A DNA stretch of 63,642 nucleotides, the filler included, from Craspedostauros australis (Eukaryota): the NCBI GenBank assembly GCA_030167865.1. It is 10 parts of 10 records of this genome, joined end to end, with 100 filler letters (N's around TTAATTAATTAA, not from the genome) between each part and the next. Parts side by side here need not be neighbours in the genome. Positions count along the whole stretch, not along the records: positions 1 to 30,963 come from JALAGF010000497.1; positions 31,064 to 34,264 come from JALAGF010000500.1; positions 34,365 to 37,346 come from JALAGF010000501.1; 7 more parts are not named here. The stretch is one strand, 5' to 3'. Under the pieces are notes generated by a model. That model was not told where the DNA came from. It worked only from the letters and a program-made list of their open reading frames with translations, and did no database searches. The translations under genes were made by a program, and so were the position numbers. Below, piece after piece: positions 24,234 through 36,590 of this stretch; position 1 is the first letter of the stretch, and each line of letters opens with the position of its first letter.

Positions 24234-26338
24234 CTACCATTGCTCTCCGACGCTCTGGCTTCCGCGCTTGCGCCCACGTCCGCCTCTTCCTGCCGATGGG
24301 GTGAACCTCGATGGATCGAATGGTGAAATATCCACGCTGTCAGCCTGGCCTGTCGTAACGAGCTCGGACATGACTTTGCCGCAAGCCGGTGCCCAAGCGA
24401 TTCCCCTGAAATGGTTGGCACGATGTAGTATGTGATGGCACGATCAATGGAAGTTACCAACACCGATATCCATCGCAAAAGAAAGTCAGGCAAACGAATG
24501 ATAGAAGCAAAGCAATATCGCAGAGCAAAGTAGGACAGAGTATGAAGGACTGGTGAGACATTGCAAGCAATTCCTGTTCATCTTGTTCCTCATGACGGTG
24601 ACGCCAGATGATGCTCCAACTTGGACTTCGGAAGCGTTCGGCCGCCATTTCATGTACACGACAGATATGCTGAAATGTAACTTACCAGCAGTTGTGCCCT
24701 GCATTGATGTATGCGCCTTCGAAGCCTGGTACAGGGCCTGCAATAACAGATACAGATGGAAACAAGATGGAAAACAACATGATGTTTCAGACGAACGTGT
24801 GAGATGATAGTCCAAAAATGGATACAGTACTCCACGATAGATAAATCTGGGTGGAGCATTGGTAGACAAGAGTACGGGATGCTGCTGCGCCGTGCTGGAC
24901 CATGCTGCACACCGCCCGAGACATGAAGAGAGCAAATGCAGCGTAATGTATAGAGCGGAGCGGAGAAGCCCAGTTTCGATTCTTCCTTGGAATGAACTCA
25001 CCCATGTACGGACGAGCATCCGGCGGACACGGTCTCATACAGGCTTGGACGCGATCGAGCTCGCCCACTTTATCGTACAGCGACGACATGCCTTGGAATG
25101 CCATCGAGGCAGCCTCGACTCGACTCTCTTTGGCGTTGCACTCTTCTCGGAAGGCACCGGACTTCAAGTCTTCTGTGCTGATGTAGTCGGATCCACCGAT
25201 TCCGCAAATGTAAATGGTCCCGTCTGGTCGTGGGTATACTTCCACTGCCTCATTGTTAGCCGATGTCAGCGATAGTTGTAGTCCAAGCAATGCCATAGGT
25301 GAGTTGAGCGATAACATGCCGAGTATGATGTATGTAGAGGAGGAAATCGCCGCAGGCAATGGAGAAGAAGAGAAAGACAAAATGGAACACGTGTTGTAGA
25401 AGTGAGCCAAGCCATCGTCGGGAAACAGGAATCAAGCGCAAGTTGGCTAATGGGAACCGACTCTACCGCAACTTACAGTGTGTGCCATATCGATCATCCT
25501 CTCCACAAAAGAGAGCGGTCGCGTCAACTTCTTCTTCCTCCGGCTTCTTCCACACAATGCTGGTGCTCTTGATGCCCTCCATGGGGAGCTTCACGGCACC
25601 TTGGAACCAATCTTCCGCGGCGCAGGACCAAGGCCCCGCAGAAACGATGACGGCATCGGCGGGCAAAATTGCTTCTTCACTTTCGTTTCCGCGTGGCGAG
25701 TACTTCACGGCTGTGACCTTGCGGCTACCTCTCTCGCTGCCCTGGTCGGTCTCCACTCCCGTACAGGTCCCAAGCACGACCTCGACTTTGTCGTTGACGT
25801 TCTCCAGCATTTTCGTGACGAATTCCTTTGGGGTGACCTGGGCCGTGTCATCGCCGTATCCCATGGCGGACACCCTGCCGATGCCTTTGCCGTCCAGCCA
25901 ATTTGGGACCAGCGGCCCCAGCTTGCGATCCTTGCGGAACTTCTCGATGCCCGTGTACCCCGGCGAGACGGACAGCACCGGCAGCTTGCGGTACGACTCG
26001 CAGCCCAGCTCCTTCGCCAGACCTTCGTACATGTCGAATGCCAGCTCGTGGAGGCCGCTCGTGGCGAAATCTCCCCAGCTCCTGGCCATGAAGCCGCCGC
26101 CCTTTCCGGATGCCGCAGCTGCAGGCTCCTTGGCCTCCAGCAGGTAGATGTTCGTGGCTTGGTCGGTGGCCTTGGCGATGTGGTACGCCACGGATGTGCC
26201 TTGGATGCCGCCACCGATCACAACGACGTTCTTGGGGGGCGTGAACGCCATCGCCAGTTTCGACATGAGGACGATGCACAGCGTCAATGAGACGAAAGCC
26301 GGGAATGACGATGTCAGCTGACTCGAAGACCTTTTCAT
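24234..26338 (-). CDS. FAD-dependent oxidoreductase (DAO family, TDA3-like), probably plastid-targeted; exons 26338-25477, 25244-25002, 24737-24686, 24405-24234
   Basis: VVVIGGGIQG and AASGKGGGF motifs. Manual splicing at canonical GT..AG sites gives GTH|LEVYPRPDG...QACMRPCPPDARPYM|GPVPGFEGAYINAGHNC|WGIAWAPACGKVMSELV...GEQW*. Signal ends in LAMA-FT. Confidence 0.92.
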
Positions 26339-27105
26339 AATCGTAGCGATGAGGCAAGTTGGGGTATGCTCGTACGCTGGTCGCGGCAAAGCAAAAGAAT
26401 GTGGCTGTCGTCTGCTTCGTTGGATGATGCTGCCGTTGCTTTTCGTGGTTGTGTGCGTGCGATTGTGTGCTGGATTCAACAATCGATCTTTTCGATCTTT
26501 GGATATGTCTTGCCAAATACCAGTTTACTGAAATACACGGCGTGAATTCGAATACTCCGGAGATGAAAATTAGCGCTAACGAGTTGGGGACGGTTGATGC
26601 TGTTTCGTCTCGTTGTGTTTCGCCTTGCAACGAACATGTTGTGCTGTGTTGCTCTTCTTTGCTTTGGTTCGGAGCTGATTGGCCTTGGTTTGGTAGGACA
26701 TTACCAATGCTTGCACAAGACACGACGGATATCAACTCGCGTTTCATGGTCGATGATTGTCAAGACGAGCTCTTCGCGTGCGCAGCGTGTAACACTAGCA
26801 TCGTGTTTTCAATGATCATCCACTGATGATGAAAACGATGGTGGCGATGACATCGATGACGACGATACTCCATTCATTGTTGCTCGGAGCACACGGCAGG
26901 TGCAGTCGCGGAGTACCTTAGGTCGGATCGACACATTGTTGAGTGCCGCAGCCTCCACGATAAGATGAAACGTATGCATTCTATCGGACTCTTTTCCAGA
27001 ATGTCCCACGATGTTGTGTCGCACGACGAGAGTAAAGCGGGTGAAGAGAGGATCGTTGGTTCGTGTAAGAAGTACGCTCTACGAATGTTATCACGGAGCG
27101 CTCGT

Positions 27106-28271
27106 TTACTTTTCCAGATACGGCCACATCTCGGACAATGGCTTCTTGTCCTTCTGAACCGCGGCGATGGTCGACTCCACAATCGCATTGATCTCCTTCT
27201 GCACATCTTCAATGCTCTGCGCGGCATTGACAATATGCCACGCGGGTGGTGACGACGCCGGGTGGTTAGTGGACGCATCTTCATCCAATGCTTGCAGCTC
27301 CGCGAATCGTTGTCGCACACGAATCTGCATGTCCCGCTTTTCATATCGTTCTTCTCCGAAGCTATTTTCGGCGATGTATTATACATGCAAGGAACGGCCA
27401 ACATGAGTTGCCACGAGCGGGAGCAACAAGATGGAGAGCGAAACAAAGAGTGGCATCGCATGGTGAGTTTGTACATCATTCGCGATTCGGACAACCCACG
27501 TTCAGAGCAACCTGATCTGCTCTGCTCTGTTCCACCTGCCAACACTCACCCTCCCCGCTTCGCTGCATCCTCTTGTGAGATATCCAAGAAGATGACGACG
27601 TCCGGTGCCGGCAACCCCACATCTGCCCGCTGGCACCATCCCAACGACAGCAACGGCGTGCCATCCTCCTTCACTTTGGCCGATGAAAAGGCAACACCGG
27701 AATAGGCGTACCGATCGCACACGATATTCGTCTTGTCGTGCAACAGCCGCTGCCGTAACGTGTCGACCATCTCCCACCGATTGGCGCTGAACAGCAGGTG
27801 GATTGCATGATCCTCCTGGTTGCTGCGCTGTTGCAAGTAGGAGTTGATCATCTGTCCGATGGGCGTCGTGCGATCGGGGAATCGGATGGCGGCCGTGGCA
27901 TGCTTGTGGGCATTCCAATGCTCATCGAGCAGCTTCACTTGCGTCGTCTTGCCGCATCGATCGATGCCCTCCAGGACGATGAAGGCGCCGCGGTGTGGTT
28001 CGGGGTGTTGCGCGGTGGCACTGGTTGGAGAGCCTTCCGTTGTGCTGCTGGGAGTGGAAGCCATGGTTGTGGCGGTGGTTGCTGCGCTTGTGATGGCCGC
28101 AGAGGAGAACGGGTTGGATCTGCTCGCAGTTCGGAAAGCGGATGCCGTGGATGCGTGCAATGCAGATGTTGTAAATGCGTTCGAGACGAAAGCTGATGCG
28201 ATTGATGAGATGATGAAAGTGGGGAGAACTGTGATGGATCTGCGCATGATGCCTTGCAGGGACGAGTGCAT
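27106..28271 (-). CDS. tmk: Thymidylate (dTMP) kinase with organellar presequence; exons 28271-27550 and 27361-27106
   Basis: P-loop FIVLEGIDRCGKTTQ, RFPDRTT, HLLFSANRWE, CDRYAYSG and PDVVIFLD. Intron GTGAGT...TAG (27549-27362) restores KRGG|FGEERYEK. N-terminus contains IASA-F. Confidence 0.95.
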
Positions 28272-28827
28272 GATGTGTGTTCGTCCGAGTAGTGTTACGA
28301 CTATGATTGGAGCGCAATCACAAATGCGCTCCTCTGCCACCTTGCCCCTTGTGGTGGCGCTTGCGGTGATCGCATTTGTTGATTGATGCGCTGACACCAA
28401 TGCGATCTTTTGCCGCTCTTCTTCTTGGTGTTGTTGTGTTCGATCTTCGGAACGACAGACCTCGTGATTCGTTCTCTCGGACCTCGCACATGTCTCATTA
28501 TTGTTGTGGAGGTCTGTTTCTTTCAATTGCGAAACTCAAACAGACAGTCCGAACAAGTACATCAAACATACAGACATAGACAGACAGACCCAACAGAGAG
28601 ACTGACAGACTTGAACAAGCTACTGTTTGATTCATGCGACTCAGATGAGTCCAACGAACAACGCAGAAATCGATGTTGTTCTGTGCGTGACAACAAAGAC
28701 AAATGGTGGGAGAAAGAGTGAAGGCGGATTTGCGAATGGTGAAGAAAACCACGCACCAAGCGCCACCATTTGTCGATTGTTGCTTACCCAGCTTGATCGG
28801 AGTTGAAGAACAAATGAGAGTGACGAC

Positions 28828-28880
28828 ATCCATCGATCATTCATCGAACATCCATCGATCATTCATCGAGCATCCATCCA
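28828..28880. repeat. 22-bp tandem repeat CATCCATCGATCATTCATCGAR x2.4 in the divergent tmk/ABCG intergenic region
   Basis: Directly visible. Confidence 0.8.
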
Positions 28881-29309
28881 CCCATCCTCCCGCGAACATC
28901 CACAATCGCCAGCGCCAACAAGGGAAGGGTATCTGTGTTGGTATCTTTCGGGGATGATCTTCACGTGACACTTCCTCGTCGCACGCGCATGAAGATGCAT
29001 CATCCACAAACGTGGACAAGCGTTTTCTCCTCTCAAAGCATGCAACATCATGCGACTCCACTTCGAAAGGATTCATGGGATGCGCCTCAATGATGCTGTC
29101 TGTCCTCGCAAGCAGGTGCTTCATCCGCATCCTTGATGTGAGCAATACTGCTTCATCAGATGTGTCCATCTCTGCATCATCTCATAATCTGAAACATCGC
29201 ATCAATTCAACCAACAGCAACAAACCAAACTAGCATTCGATCACCCAACACAACAACAATCAACGACCAACGACCAACAACCAACGACAACGACAATCAA
29301 GCATTCAAC

Positions 29310-30767
29310 ATGACATCCACCAACGACACCAACACCAACAAAAATGGCGACATCGAAGTCGGAGCGACCACCTCCAACAAGATCACCGACATTGTGCCAT
29401 CCAAGACGCAATCTCCTCTCATGGAGTCCTCCGTCTTCAAGTTCCGTGATGTCAACTTCGTCGTCGGCAGCGGCAACAAGAAGAAGCACATCCTCGAGAA
29501 TGTCAGCGGCAAGGTCAAGCACGGTCGTGTGCTGGCCATCATGGGACCGTCCGGAGCAGGAAAGACCACGTTGATCAATGCATTGACGTTGGATGCCTTC
29601 TACGGCGAGCCGTCTGGATCCGTCACCCTCAATGGCGTGCCGCTGTCTGGCAAGATCTTCAAGAAACATTGCTTTGGTAAGTGCACGAGTAATTTGCATC
29701 GGTACAATACCATACCCTCCAGCAACTCGATTCCTCATCCTCTCACTCTTGTTCTAATTCTGCATTTTTCTATTCTGTCGACCGTGTTTGCCACGCACCA
29801 CCCAATCGCCCAACCAATAAATGAATCAATAAATGAATCAATAAATGAATCAATAAATGAATCAATAAATTGCCTGCAGTCGTCAAGCAGCATGACAAGC
29901 ACTGGCCGTACCTCACGGCGCGCGAGAGCCTGATCTACGCCGCCGGATTGTACGATGTCGGCACGCCGCAGACGATCCCCGATATCGTCGATCGCATCAT
30001 CGAAAAGATGGGTCTCAACATCTGCGCCGACACGCGTTGCGCGCGCCTCAGTGGCGGACAGAAGAGACGTCTGAGCATCGCCGTCGCGCTCCTCAAGCAA
30101 CCAACCCTCCTCTTCCTTGATGAACCGACCAGCGGATTGGATGCCGCCGCTGCATCCAACATCATGCAAGAGATCTCTCGCGTTGCCAAGGATGAGAACC
30201 TCATCATCGTGTGCACCATCCATCAGCCATCCACCAAGGTGTACAATGGATTCGATCAGGTCATGATCATGAGCCGTGGTCGCCAGGCCTTTTCCGGTGA
30301 TGCCCATGAGGCCACACCGTACTTCGACCGCATCGGATACCCTCTTCCGGATGCCACCAACCCGGCCGAGCATTTCCTTGACCTGGTTAACTCCGATTTC
30401 TCCGGCGAGGAAGATGTGGAGAACATCCTCAACTTGTGGGATCAGCACAAGTCCAAGAATGCGTCGTCTCACGGCGGATCCACGCATGGAACCGAACGTC
30501 TCGACGATGATGATGATGACGCTGACGAAGCCGTGGGCATCGAGAAGACCAAGGGCACCAGTTTCTCATCCGAATTGAGCATCATGTTCAAGCGCCACTT
30601 CTCGCTCATCACCCGCGACCCAATCCTCTACCTCGGACGCTGCTTGATCTTCCTCGTCATGTGCATGGTCTTTGGCTTCGTGTACTGGAACGCCCGTGAC
30701 AACGAATTCGATCAGCTGTACAGCAAGATGTGGGTCCAGGTCTGGTATGCCGGCGTCCCAACGAACA
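29310..30767 (+). CDS. ABCG (White-type) half transporter, 3'-truncated by contig end; exons 29310-29676 and 29880-30767, further exons missing
   Basis: Walker A GPSGAGKTT, signature LSGGQKRR, Walker B LFLDEPTSGLD, TIHQP, NPAEHFLD and first TM segments. Introns GTAAGT(29677)..CAG(29879) and GTAAGT(30768)... Confidence 0.95.
29814..29870. repeat. 12-bp minisatellite (CAATAAATGAAT)x~4.7 at the 3' end of ABCG intron 1
   Basis: Directly visible; ends 9 nt before the end of the intron (acceptor AG at 29878-29879). Confidence 0.9.
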
Positions 30768-30963
30768 GTAAGTACAGCATTGCATTTGAAGCATGGATGG
30801 ATGGATGGGCATTGCGATAGCATGAAGCTTCCGAGTGAGGGGAGTTTGAAATGGAGCGGGAGATGCAACGTTTTGGGATGCTCATCAACGTGATGATACT
30901 GTTCAGATCAATTTTCTCATACCTGCACCCTTGAAATTACGATTGCCTCCTGTCCAACACCAA

Positions 30964-31063
30964 NNNNNNNNNNNNNNNNNNNNNNNNNNNNNNNNNNNNN
31001 NNNNNNNTTAATTAATTAANNNNNNNNNNNNNNNNNNNNNNNNNNNNNNNNNNNNNNNNNNNN
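30964..31063. other. Artificial contig linker N44-TTAATTAATTAA-N44 (also 34265-34364, 37347-37446, 39580-39679, 51753-51852, 54345-54444, 56694-56793, 58827-58926, 61579-61678)
   Basis: Identical 100-nt cassette occurs nine times, with stop codons in all six frames. Confidence 0.99.
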
Positions 31064-32081
31064 CATGGCGTGGAAATTTTGCGCGGCGCAGTTGCACATG
31101 CTCAGCGATGCGGAAGATCCAAAGAAGAGCGGTGAGAGCATGGCGAGATTGGACTCCTCAGTGCGAAACAGTCGACTCTGCTCTATTCTGGACTGCTATT
31201 GTGTGCTGCTGCTAACCAAGGGATCATTGCTCTCCCAAGCAGGATGGATGCAACGATACACATACATCCAAGTTGCTGTTGCCAAGACTGTTGCTGGCGT
31301 ACAGTATTCTGGAGTAGAACTGAAACACTATTGCAGAACTAATCAACCATATCATCAACTACAATGCAATACGATGAACGAAGCCACAATGGATGACATC
31401 AGGATGTAAGGAACTGGTAATGGCATGTGAGAAACACATCGGTCGGTACCACATTGTTTTGTGATCATTTCCATCGCGTGTTAACACGCCGTGGGGCACA
31501 GAGAAATTCTCCACGATACATCGTGGTGATTGGCATTCGTGAATGGGAACAGCGAGTGCATGCTCCAAAGAAACGAACAGATCTCAACCACTACCCATCC
31601 AATCACCACCAAAGTTGGAGAGGGTGATTAAAAGCCACACATGCGAATGCTCACGAAAGGGGAGCTCAAACAAATGGAGCGGCATAAACTTGCCGATGAG
31701 GTTTGTGGCAGAAAAGGTGTTTTTTGGGCCGCTTCGAGTGGGACTGACGTACAAAATGTACCGTCGTCTACAGAGAAACTGACTCATACGACTAGTTACC
31801 AATTGTTACCAATGGTTACCAAAAAATTTGGCCTCCACCCAAGCCAAAAGACACTAGAGATTGGTGCACTTGTACTTTATCGACTGCGACTATTCTGTGT
31901 ACTCTACTCTATTCAAGTCAAATACGTAATCAATATCGGTGTTTTGTCTCTCAACTCGTAGACAGAGGGAGAGCCATCCAGTAGGCAAACACAGATTCTA
32001 CTGTCACAATGCAGGTACGGATGCTCGTGCAGGACAGCAATCTATCTTTCTCTCCCTTCCCTTCGATGTGTCGGTTCCATT

Positions 32082-33950
32082 TCAGCTCCATGTCTTATTC
32101 AGCGCCTCCAGCAGACCATCCCATGTTGTCACACCTTCGAACAGTCGGCCCATGTCGACCTCGCAATACTCGCGCTTCACATACGCAGTGCGGTGAAACG
32201 CCGAGCGGTGCGCTGCTTCGCCATCGGGAGACACGCGCCGCTCTGGCATCCATTCCTTCTCAATGGCCAGCGACATGTTCAGGAGCTCCTCCAACTCGTT
32301 GTCGGGCGGACAAATCAAAGGGAAGTCTGCCAATTTCTTGTTCAACGCTTTTCCAAGGTGTTGGTGTAGCCGTCCGTCCAACTTCCGCTTCCTCATTGTG
32401 CGTTGCTTCTCTTCGCTGATGACACCACGCGCGGCAGCGGCAAATACGATATCTTGGCACACAGACGTCAGCATGTCAATGACCATTTGCGGGGGATTCT
32501 CATGCTTCTGTTTGATATATTCGCATGATCGAGGGGCATCTGGGACATGGTCGCACAGGAACTGTTCCGAGACATGACGTTTGCCATGGAAATCCATGAT
32601 TTGGATGGGAAAGCCAGAGTTTCTCCAGGCTGAGATAACGCCATCGATGAAGACAAAACTTGCTGCAACGGTCATGGTGTGGGTGCCTGTGCTTGTATTT
32701 TGCAGATGATTTTGAATCGGCGCTGAGCTTTCAGTCATCCATCCCCATATCTTTTTCCATGCCGGACTGTATCGCTTCCCACGTTGCGTGGGCCAAGCAG
32801 AGTATGGGCGGTAGTGCACAGTAGTGTATGCACGGGAGTACTTCCAGGCGCTGAGCATCCAGTCAAAGACGTGACGGTAGGTCACGATGACTGTCACATC
32901 CCAACCTTCCAGAAGATCCCTCAAGTTCTGAAAGTACATCGGATTTCCATACAGCCCTTCGGATCTGAACAAGGGACGACTCGAAACTTGTTCTTCGCTG
33001 AATATCAGAGAGATGCGCCGCTTTTTTGCAACATCCAGAAGCTCTGTGATATGTTTCAAATCCTCCGGTACCTCGACTGGCAATTGCGGGGACAAGGGCA
33101 GCGAGGATGGTTCCAATGCTGCCATGCCTGGACTATGTGTGCTGGTTTGATTCCTCGGCAGCAACGATGCTTTCTTGCTTTCCACATACCTTGGATAATG
33201 TTCCAACATGACGTTGGCATTGAAAGCTTTGTCCAAGCAATCAAGAGAAAATCCAAGCTCTTTGGCTGGTTCGTGAGGGCTGCCTGTTCCATAGTACCAG
33301 TAATGATCTTGGATCAGAAGTTCTTTGTTCGCGAGTTCCAATAGGTTGGTTTGCAGTGAGGTTGTGGCAGTCTTGGGCGGGCCAACATGCAACACCAGAT
33401 GAGGCTTCTTCACTTCTTCTGTGGCTGCGGGCGAATCCAATGTTGCTGCATGCGTAGGTCCTGCAGAAGTTTCAGGCCGCGGAGTACTTTCTGTGGTGTC
33501 GGAATGCATCTTCACAGCCTCCGGAATCGAAGAAGGCCGTTCATCTTCATCTTCTTCAACAGCATGCAGTGACGAGGATGAATGAGATGAAACAGGCCCC
33601 AGCATGCTCCCAATTTGGTTGGCGACCAGGAACTGGGCAATAGAGAGGAGGACTGAGATTGCAACGATCGCTGCAATCCCCTTCTTCGCTGCCCTCAGCT
33701 TTGTCGTCGTCATGCTCGCAGCTGTCAAGATTGACTTGTTTCGGTTTGGTGTTTGGCGACTGTTGATTCCGCCATCATGGTTGCCTCGTTTATTGGAGAC
33801 TGGCGCGCGCTTGCCATGAGAGTCTTCACAAGCGTCCTTGTTGTGGTGCAGATGATGCTGGTGTGCGAGCACGCTTACGCATCCATCAGACTGCGCTCTA
33901 CCTCCATTCGACGCTTTCGAAGACCTTGGCGCTTCGGAATTAGCATCCAT
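32082..33950 (-). CDS. Type II membrane P-loop/sulfotransferase-like protein (diatom-expanded family)
   Basis: Single N-terminal TM (GIAAIVAISVLLSIAQFLVA), stem region, 5'-PSB-like LVLHVGPPKTATTSLQ, IFSEE, and 3'-PB-like VIVTYRHVFDWMLS. Intronless, 622 aa. Confidence 0.8.
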   Translation of the reverse strand: MDANSEAPRSSKASNGGRAQSDGCVSVLAHQHHLHHNKDACEDSHGKRAPVSNKRGNHDGGINSRQTPNRNKSILTAASMTTTKLRAAKKGIAAIVAISVLLSIAQFLVANQIGSMLGPVSSHSSSSLHAVEEDEDERPSSIPEAVKMHSDTTESTPRPETSAGPTHAATLDSPAATEEVKKPHLVLHVGPPKTATTSLQTNLLELANKELLIQDHYWYYGTGSPHEPAKELGFSLDCLDKAFNANVMLEHYPRYVESKKASLLPRNQTSTHSPGMAALEPSSLPLSPQLPVEVPEDLKHITELLDVAKKRRISLIFSEEQVSSRPLFRSEGLYGNPMYFQNLRDLLEGWDVTVIVTYRHVFDWMLSAWKYSRAYTTVHYRPYSAWPTQRGKRYSPAWKKIWGWMTESSAPIQNHLQNTSTGTHTMTVAASFVFIDGVISAWRNSGFPIQIMDFHGKRHVSEQFLCDHVPDAPRSCEYIKQKHENPPQMVIDMLTSVCQDIVFAAAARGVISEEKQRTMRKRKLDGRLHQHLGKALNKKLADFPLICPPDNELEELLNMSLAIEKEWMPERRVSPDGEAAHRSAFHRTAYVKREYCEVDMGRLFEGVTTWDGLLEALNKTWS

Positions 33951-33981
33951 CGTTGAAGAGGTGAGCACAGATCTTGGTGGT

Positions 33982-34050
33982 GTTGAGTGCTGTAGTTGAG
34001 TGCTGTAGTTGACTCCTGTAGTTGACTGCTGTAGTTGACTGCTGTGGTTG
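33982..34050. repeat. 13-bp tandem repeat GTTGA(G/C)TGCTGTA x5 just upstream of the sulfotransferase-like ATG
   Basis: Directly visible. Confidence 0.85.
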
Positions 34051-34679
34051 TGCTTGTCGTACCAGTGTGCTTGTTCGTCTCTCGTCAGTGTGACAACTTC
34101 GATCGCTCTCTCTCTCGTTCGCTCTCTCTGGAGAGTCCTCGACTGGTGTGTGCCCGCACAAGCTGTGAGTATCCGTAGCTCGAAGTCAACGGTTTTGTCC
34201 GTACAACGAAGGATTGTTGAATTGGCGGCGATGTGTGATGTACTGGTGGAGAAACAGCTCTTGCNNNNNNNNNNNNNNNNNNNNNNNNNNNNNNNNNNNN
34301 NNNNNNNNTTAATTAATTAANNNNNNNNNNNNNNNNNNNNNNNNNNNNNNNNNNNNNNNNNNNNCGCTCAACCATCAACAAACAAACATGAACACGGACG
34401 CGAGAAGCGGAAGTCAGCAACTCACTGCCGCGACGTCCGCATTGTGGCAGTAGTGATGACAAGCGTGTTTCATGCGTTGCCACAAGCCACCCAACACTCA
34501 TCGCACCACACTCGTACCAGAAATCAACACGCATCCGTCACATCGCCAATCGCCGCTCACAACGAATCAACACCCATCACATTGATTGTCACAACTTGTA
34601 CAAAATGCAGCGTTGTCTCGCAGCATTGTCATCATCACTGTGATTGACCACCAGCACATTCAACTCTTCCAGCACCATG

Positions 34680-35308
34680 GTAACCATATCAGAGGCCCGC
34701 AGCTTTGAATTTGTGAGAATACCAGCCTGGGTCATACAATGTAGGCTCCATGATGCAGAAGTCTGTGCCATCTACAGATGTCATTGTTGTCGTTCCAGGT
34801 GGACAGCCTCTCTTTCGATCTTCGAAGCATATCTGGGATAGGATCAATACATATTAACATTGGCAAAGACAGAGGGTGTGTGAGATAATGCATGCAACTC
34901 ATCCATTTCATTGTGAGTGTTACAGTTCCGTTGTCAATGTTCCAAAGTTGTGCTACTTACAAGTTCACAGCTGAGGAGCCCCAATGCACGAAGAATAATC
35001 CATGTCCACTTCTGTACAGTTTTGACATCCTTTCCGGTTTGTCCTGCCAGCACGCCCCATGTTGGATATTGTTTGAGGAACATGAGAGCGCACAACAGGT
35101 GATCCATAGTGGCATTCCAAGGCAGCAAGTCCTCCTCATTCAGTACATCCCATGCCATTGCTGCCACTTTTGTGTGGGTGCCAAAGTTGCTTCGGAAACA
35201 TGCTTGCACACTATATGGAGGTGAAGTCTGGAGTCCGGGATCAATTGCTTGGCCCAGAAGCTCCATGCCTTTGCATGCAATGGTTGTCTCGGTTGTGTCT
35301 GATGACAT
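34680..35308 (-). pseudogene. PIF/Harbinger transposase relic (N-terminal half), one intron 34960-34833, premature stop
   Basis: FRSNFG...HLLCALMFLKQYPT...DVKTVQKW splices in phase to ICFEDR...SVDGTDFCIMEP...WYSHKFKAAGL*YG. DGT catalytic and YSHK motifs are present. TGA at 34691-34689 sits where Arg (CGA) would be expected, and similarity ends right after it. Confidence 0.82.
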
Positions 35309-35569
35309 TCTGATGTGTCTTGGTATACCAACAAAATGGAGGACAAAATTGTGGCATCAAGCAGAGGACTATCTAATTCAGCAACAGAGAGAGGAAAACA
35401 TACAGAGCAAGTGCTGCTATTGTTGGTTTGTTCAGAACACACAATAACATGCACAATTGAGCATGATGTTTCGCTTGTTGGCTTTGGCTGTCTGCGACAG
35501 TTTGGACCCGGGCAAAATTGACCTGCATTCAAACACACAGAGGAGGATTGGGCATGCTGTGTTTGATTG

Positions 35570-36010
35570 TGCCCGATCAATTTTGTACGTGTCTGTCACG
35601 TCTGTGCAGTATTGCCGCAACAAACCGTGTATGGAGACATGGCACACAGGGCCAATCGTACCGAGTAGTCATACCAGCAACGTCAGAAAGCACAGACAGA
35701 CATGCTAAATTGTACCAAACCAAAAAGACCAGAACACACAGAGACACAGCCAAAGAGCAAGAGGATTGTGACGGATTGTGCACGACCGATTTTGTACGCG
35801 CTATGTAGTACGCGCGATGTAGTACGTGTGTAGTACGTGTCCGTGCAGTATTGTTGCAACAAACCGTGTATGGAGACGTGACACACCGGGCCAATCGTAC
35901 CAAGTAGTGATACGTGCAACGTCAGCAAGCACAGAGACAGACATGCTAAATCGTACCGAACCAAAAAGACCGGAACACACACAGAGACACAGCCAAAGAG
36001 CAAGAGGACC
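35570..36010. repeat. Imperfect tandem duplication of about 200-240 bp (about 35570-35770 and 35780-36010)
   Basis: Shared blocks GTGCAGTATTG..GCAACAAACCGTGTATGGAGAC, GGGCCAATCGTACC, GACAGACATGCTAAAT and CAGAGACACAGCCAAAGAGCAAGAGGA. Confidence 0.9.
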
Positions 36011-36404
36011 GGGAGCATTTTGTCACATTTATTCGTCCTCTGCGAAATTCGACTTGGCATGTTCGCATCGAACAGTCGCAAAGGTTTTTCCATCTCACCG
36101 TCGAATCGTGGAACACGTGTTCATTTTTGTCATTTTCTCTGCGTTGTTCGGATCGAAACAGTGTTTTCGCTGCGTCGCCGTGGACGCGTTCGCCCAACAT
36201 GTTGGTTGGTTTGTATGTACGACCTGCAAGGCACGGGAATTCCGTTGAAACTGACACTCGATCGCACTTGACCAAGACGACCACTCTAGAAACGCAATCA
36301 CGATTCGACTACAGCGACCAATATGCACAACCAGCAGAATGATATATAACGTCTATAACCGCAATTATTTTAAAATCCGAACACCCGGCCAATGGCAAAT
36401 AAAC

Positions 36405-36590
36405 GTTGAAACTATCACTGATCTGTTGAAACTAATGACGAAACGTTGAAACTAATGAAGAACCGTTGAAACTAATGAAGAAACGTTGAAACTAATGAAG
36501 AACCGTTGAAACTAATGAAGAAACGTTGAAACTATCGGTGAGGTGTTGAAACTATCGGCGAGGTGTTGAAACTAATAGAGAGCCGTTGAC
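36405..36590 (+). repeat. 20-bp-period array A: 9x GTTGAAACTA plus variable 10-mers, degenerate 10th unit
   Basis: Invariant decamer every 20 nt from 36405 to 36565; GTTGAC at 36585. Confidence 0.97.

Noticed and set aside
30964..31063. Recurrent TTAATTAATTAA flanked by Ns as a biological repeat or piggyBac TTAA target
   Set aside because: It is an identical 100-nt six-frame-stop linker. Adjacency across these linkers carries no biological meaning, so no cross-contig gene clusters were inferred.
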